IMG/VR virus record: IMGVR_UViG_2861069343_000006
Reading direction: 5' to 3' (one strand)
Source of the DNA: a virus
Taxonomy: Duplodnaviria; Heunggongvirae; Uroviricota; Caudoviricetes
Length of the DNA stretch: 14,882 nucleotides
The notes under the pieces are model-generated. The model was not told where the DNA came from. It saw only the letters and a list, made by a program, of their open reading frames with translations, and made no database searches. Made by a program: the position numbers and the translations under genes. Of the stretch, positions 8,580 to 14,882 are shown one piece after another. The stretch's first letter is position 1. Every line of letters begins with the position of its first letter.

Positions 8580-8862
8580 TATCTATGACAAGGATGAAGC
8601 CGAGCGCATTGTCGAAAATACCGCATACACTGCAGAACGTCAGCCGGAACGCGACATCACTCCGGTTAACGATGAAACCATGCAGGAGATTAACACTCTG
8701 CTGATTGCCCTGGATAAAACATGGGATGACGACTTATTGCCGCTCTGTTCCCAGATATTTCGCCGCGACATTCGCGCATCGTCAGAACTGACACAGGCCG
8801 AAGCAGTGAAAGCTCTTGGATTCCTGAAACAGAAAGCCTCTGAGCAGAAGGTGGCTGCATGA
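8580..8862 (+). pseudogene. bet: Lambda Bet (Red-beta) 3' fragment, C-terminal ~93 codons only
   Basis: [93 protein letters not shown] matches the C-terminus of lambda Bet. Similarity starts abruptly near 8580, and upstream sequence is unrelated in this frame. The stop overlaps the exo start as in lambda. Confidence 0.85.
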
Positions 8863-9539
8863 CACCGGACATTATCCTGCAGCGTACCGGGATCGACGTG
8901 AGAGCTGTCGAACAGGGAGATGATGCGTGGAACAAATTACGACTCGGCGTCATCACGGCTTCAGAAGTTCACAATGTGATAGCAAAACCCCGCTCCGGTA
9001 AAAAGTGGCCTGACATGAAAATGTCCTACTTTCACACCCTGCTGGCTGAGATTTGCACCGGTGTGGCTCCGGAAGTTAACGCTAAGGCGCTGGCCTGGGG
9101 AAAACAGTACGAGAATGACGCCAGAGCCCTGTTTGAGTTTACTTCCGGCGTGAATGTTACTGAATCCCCGATCATCTATCGCGACGAAAGTATGCGCACC
9201 GCCTGCTCTCCCGATGGTTTATGCAGTGACGGCAACGGCCTTGAGCTGAAATGCCCGTTTACCTCCCGGGATTTCATGAAGTTCCGGCTCGGTGGTTTCG
9301 AGGCCATAAAGTCGGCTTACATGGCCCAGGTGCAGTACAGCATGTGGGTGACACGAAAAGATGCCTGGTACTTTGCCAACTATGACCCGCGTATGAAGCG
9401 TGAAGGACTGCATTATGTCGTGGTTGAGCGGGATGAAAAGTACATGGCGAGTTTTGACGAGATGGTGCCGGAGTTCATCGAAAAAATGGACGAGGCACTG
9501 GCTGAAATTGGTTTTGTATTTGGGGAGCAATGGCGATGA
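8859..9539 (+). CDS. exo: Lambda-type exonuclease (Red-alpha), intact 226 aa
   Basis: [64 protein letters not shown]...GFVFGEQWR is essentially the bacteriophage lambda Exo sequence over its full length. Confidence 0.95.
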   Translation: MTPDIILQRTGIDVRAVEQGDDAWNKLRLGVITASEVHNVIAKPRSGKKWPDMKMSYFHTLLAEICTGVAPEVNAKALAWGKQYENDARALFEFTSGVNVTESPIIYRDESMRTACSPDGLCSDGNGLELKCPFTSRDFMKFRLGGFEAIKSAYMAQVQYSMWVTRKDAWYFANYDPRMKREGLHYVVVERDEKYMASFDEMVPEFIEKMDEALAEIGFVFGEQWR

Positions 9540-9601
9540 CGCATCCTCACGATAATATCCGGGTAGGCGCGATCACTTTCGTCTACTCCATTACAAAGCG
9601 A

Positions 9602-9628
9602 GGCTGGGTATTTCCCGGCCTTTCTGTT
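9602..9628 (+). terminator. tL3-like rho-independent terminator downstream of exo
   Basis: GGCTGGG-tattt-CCCGGCC hairpin followed by TTTCTGTT. The surrounding ~140 bp after exo matches the lambda sequence downstream of exo as I remember it from Red-recombineering constructs. Confidence 0.5.
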
Positions 9629-9690
9629 ATCAGAAATCCACTGAAAGCACAGCGGCTGGCTGAGAAGATAAATAATAAACAGGAGGATAT

Positions 9691-10755
9691 ATGAGTCAGG
9701 TTGGTAATCATTCATTCGAATTTCCGGCATCGCAAGGTGTACAGGGTGGTACTGTTACACTCTTCCTTACCATACCAGGAAGATCGCTGGCTCGTTTCCT
9801 CGCTTCAGATAATTACGGCCATACACTGGAACGCTCTCAGCGAGAAATTAATCCAAATCGAGTACGAAAATTTTTAAATTATCTCACTAACGCAGACTCA
9901 AGAAATGAGTCTTTTATCATTCCCCCTCTCGTAGGTAACTGTGATTCGAATATAGAATTTGTACCGTTTGGCAACACAAATGTTGGTATAGCCAGAATTC
10001 CCCTCGACGCCGAAATAAAACTTTTTGATGGCCAACATCGTGCAGCTGGCATTGAGATATTTTGCCGAAGTTCCCCATCAACGCTCATGGTTCCCATGAT
10101 GCTTACAATGAATCTGCCGCTAAAAACCCGGCAGCAGTTCTTTTCGGACATAAATAACAACGTTTCTAAGCCATCAGCGACCATCAATATGGCGTATAAC
10201 GGCCGGGATGATATTGCTCAGGGAATGATATCCTTCCTGACCCAACATACTGTATTTGCCGATATAACCGATTTTGAACACAACGTAGTGCCATTAAAAA
10301 GTAATATGTGGGTGAGTTTCAAGGCACTCACTGATGCAACGTCAAAGTTTGCTAGGAACGGCAATCAACAACTTGAAATGGGATATATAGAATCTGTCTG
10401 GGAGGCATGGATTACACTAACTCAGATTGACTCAATCCGACATGGTGTACACCACGCTACGTACAAGCGCGATTATATTCAGTTCCATGGAGTAATGATT
10501 AACGCTTTCGGTTTTGCGGTTCAACAGATGATGGTTAATCATTCCATCGCAGAAATAACTTCTATGATCGAAAAACTCTGTGCAACTACCAGCTCTGCAG
10601 AAAGAGAGGATTTTTTTCTGATGGATAACTGGGCGGGGATCTGCACGAAAGCCAGCCAGGAAAAACTATCGGTTATTGCCAATGTGGCAGCGCAGAAAGC
10701 AGCAGCAAACAGACTGATACAAGCTTTTACCAAAGGAAGTCTGGAAACAACTTAA
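9691..10755 (+). CDS. DGQHR-motif protein (DndB-like, ParB/sulfiredoxin-fold superfamily), 354 aa, no partner genes
   Basis: ATG preceded by a strong SD (AGGAGG). Contains the literal motif KLFDGQHRAAGIE that defines the DGQHR/DndB-like family. No dndCDE, dpd or ssp partner genes are present in the window. Flanked by terminators on both sides. Confidence 0.75.
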   Translation: MSQVGNHSFEFPASQGVQGGTVTLFLTIPGRSLARFLASDNYGHTLERSQREINPNRVRKFLNYLTNADSRNESFIIPPLVGNCDSNIEFVPFGNTNVGIARIPLDAEIKLFDGQHRAAGIEIFCRSSPSTLMVPMMLTMNLPLKTRQQFFSDINNNVSKPSATINMAYNGRDDIAQGMISFLTQHTVFADITDFEHNVVPLKSNMWVSFKALTDATSKFARNGNQQLEMGYIESVWEAWITLTQIDSIRHGVHHATYKRDYIQFHGVMINAFGFAVQQMMVNHSIAEITSMIEKLCATTSSAEREDFFLMDNWAGICTKASQEKLSVIANVAAQKAAANRLIQAFTKGSLETT

Positions 10756-10832
10756 TGAATCAACATTGTCTCATATCAGCATGCTGTACGGCGTCTTTAA
10801 GGAACGGTGAGCATGAAAAACAAAATCATCAT

Positions 10833-10856
10833 GGAGCTACAGGCTCCTTTTTTATT
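10833..10856 (+). terminator. Rho-independent terminator downstream of the DGQHR gene
   Basis: GGAGC-tacag-GCTCC hairpin followed directly by TTTTTTATT. Confidence 0.5.
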
Positions 10857-10908
10857 ATTCGCATTCACCCTCAAGCGTATTAACCAACAATTCAGGGATT
10901 AATGAAAG

Positions 10909-11127
10909 ATGGCAGACATCATTGATTCAGCATCAGAAATTGAAGAATTACAGCGCAACACAGCAATAAAAATGCGCCGCCTGAACCACCAGGCTATATC
11001 TGCCACTCATTGTTGTGAGTGTGGCGATCCGCTAGATGAACGAAGACGCCTGGCCGTTCAGGGTTGTCGGACTTGTGCAAGTTGCCAGGAGGAGATCGAA
11101 CTTAAGAACAAACAATGGGGACTGTGA
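10909..11127 (+). CDS. TraR/DksA-family C4 zinc-finger protein, 72 aa (phage TraR-like RNA polymerase-binding regulator)
   Basis: CCECGDPLDERRRLAVQGCRTCASCQ fits the TraR/DksA C4 zinc-finger signature (CxxCGxxI/L...RR...CxxCQ). Size and location in the exo-xis region are typical of phage TraR homologues. Confidence 0.6.
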   Translation: MADIIDSASEIEELQRNTAIKMRRLNHQAISATHCCECGDPLDERRRLAVQGCRTCASCQEEIELKNKQWGL

Positions 11128-11174
11128 TGGCCTCAAAGCAGCAAATTTCAACATCGTCCAACTGAGGTGTAAAA

Positions 11175-11414
11175 ATGTTCAGAATCATTTTTCCTAACAC
11201 CTGGTACGTCGACCACCACGGCACTCCCTGCAAAATCCTGCGTTCTACCCACAACAAAGTTCACTACATCCGAAAAGGCAGAACATGTATCGCCAGCATG
11301 TTCCGCTTTAATCATGACTTTGAACCTGTGAATAAAGCTGATGCAGATCGGATAGCAGAAGAGATCGAAACGGCAGAACACATTAAGAAGTTACGTGCCA
11401 TACGCAGGAAATAG
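11175..11414 (+). CDS. Small hypothetical phage protein, 79 aa
   Basis: ATG preceded by a GAGGTG SD 6 nt upstream, co-directional with the neighbouring phage genes. No motif recognised. Confidence 0.35.
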   Translation: MFRIIFPNTWYVDHHGTPCKILRSTHNKVHYIRKGRTCIASMFRFNHDFEPVNKADADRIAEEIETAEHIKKLRAIRRK

Positions 11415-11553
11415 AAAAATTGATAAATTCAATACTGCATTTCTCAGCATTAAATTTATCTCTATGACCAGTCAAGAGATGTACCTGCCATGAGCTTAAT
11501 ATCATGTCAGATATATCGGTCACAAACTCCCTCAGCAGCTAAGAGGAGGACAA

Positions 11554-13781
<2,228 letters not shown>

Positions 13782-14882
13782 TTATATTGCAAATTAGATA
13801 AGCGAACCGGAAAGGTATATTGGCAATACAAACATCCACTATCCGGTCGTTTTCATAGCTTAGGAACTGATGAGAATGAAGCAAAACAAGTTGCTACTGA
13901 AGCAAATACCATTATTGCTGAACAACGTACCAGACAAATATTAAGCGTCAATGAGCGTCTGGAAAGAATGAAAGGCAGGCGCTCAGACATTACGGTGACA
14001 GAATGGCTTGATAAATATATTTCTATCCAGGAGGACAGGCTGCAACATAATGAACTAAGACCCAACTCCTATCGGCAAAAAGGCAAACCCATTCGTCTTT
14101 TCCGTGAGCATTGTGGAATGCAACACCTCAAGGATATTACCGCACTTGATATTGCCGAAATAATTGATGCTGTAAAGGCTGAAGGTCATAACAGGATGGC
14201 GCAAGTCGTGAGAATGGTGTTGATCGACGTCTTCAAAGAAGCACAACACGCAGGACATGTTCCGCCAGGATTTAACCCAGCGCAGGCAACAAAACAACCG
14301 CGAAATCGAGTAAACCGCCAAAGATTGTCACTGCCCGAATGGCAGGCAATATTTGAAAGCGTAAGCAGACGGCAGCCCTATTTAAAATGCGGCATGCTAC
14401 TTGCTCTTGTTACTGGACAACGTTTAGGCGATATCTGCAATTTGAAATTCTCTGATATATGGGACGACATGTTGCACATTACTCAGGAAAAAACCGGTTC
14501 AAAACTTGCTATTCCGCTTAACCTGAAATGCGATGCTCTGAATATTACCCTTCGTGAAGTTATATCTCAGTGCAGGGATGCTGTTGTTAGTAAATATCTG
14601 GTCCATTACCGTCACACTACCTCTCAAGCAAACAGAGGAGACCAGGTTTCTGCAAATACTCTGACAACGGCTTTTAAAAAGGCCAGGGAAAAATGTGGCA
14701 TAAAATGGGAGCAAGGAACTGCGCCCACATTTCATGAGCAGCGATCTCTGTCAGAACGGTTATATCGGGAACAGGGTCTGGATACGCAAAAGTTGTTAGG
14801 CCATAAATCCAGAAAAATGACCGACCGATACAATGATGATCGTGGTAAAGACTGGGTTATCGTAGATATCAAAACAGCATAG
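13782..14882 (+). pseudogene. int: Lambda-family tyrosine integrase, 3' portion (C-terminal ~366 codons), disrupted by IS100
   Basis: LALVTGQRLGDICNLKFSDI, KTGSKLAIP, HEQRSLSERLY and LLGHKSRKMTDRYNDDRGKDWV parallel lambda Int, including the catalytic region. The reading frame is joined to the 11780-11827 fragment only if IS100 is removed. The six-frame ORF start at 13731 lies inside the IS100 right end. Confidence 0.8.

Noticed and set aside
8438-8626. 62-aa minus-strand ORF upstream of the YdaT-like gene, considered as a Cro-like regulator
   Set aside because: No helix-turn-helix-like sequence. It overlaps the bet fragment and spans the deletion junction, so it is most likely a chance ORF.
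9219-10733. Minus-strand ORFs 9219-9530, 9413-9730, 9879-10187 and 10539-10733
   Set aside because: Antisense to exo and the DGQHR gene. The 9413-9730 ORF would also run through the tL3-like terminator. No supporting features.
10813-10902. 29-aa ORF with a nearby SD-like sequence
   Set aside because: The terminator hairpin and T-tract lie inside it, so it is more plausibly non-coding terminator sequence.

Overview
The window reads as an Escherichia coli chromosomal segment at the icd prophage-integration locus. It holds a heavily decayed e14-like/lambdoid prophage remnant (about 1693-14882) with a short chromosomal flank (1-1692). All identifications are from reading the translations and DNA by eye against remembered family sequences; no searches were run. 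Left flank: a 134-aa ORF, an IraM-like 107-aa ORF, and a displaced 3' fragment of icd with its terminator hairpin. Remnant, left to right: a McrBC-type modification-dependent restriction operon whose McrB carries an unrecognised ~390-aa N-terminal domain; a frameshifted Pin-like serine recombinase pseudogene; an IS1 copy without target-site duplication that cuts the lambda-O-like replication gene just after five palindromic iterons; a YdaT-like gene; a 3' fragment of lambda bet followed by an intact lambda-type exo and a tL3-like terminator; a terminator-bracketed cassette encoding a DGQHR-motif (DndB-like) protein; a TraR/DksA-type zinc-finger protein; a small unknown ORF; an excisionase; and a lambda-type integrase split after codon 16 by an IS100 insertion with a TTATAT direct repeat. 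No CRISPR array, rRNA or intact tRNA was seen. The two best candidates for an undescribed system are the orphan DGQHR cassette in the exo-xis accessory slot and the McrBC variant with the novel N-terminal domain.
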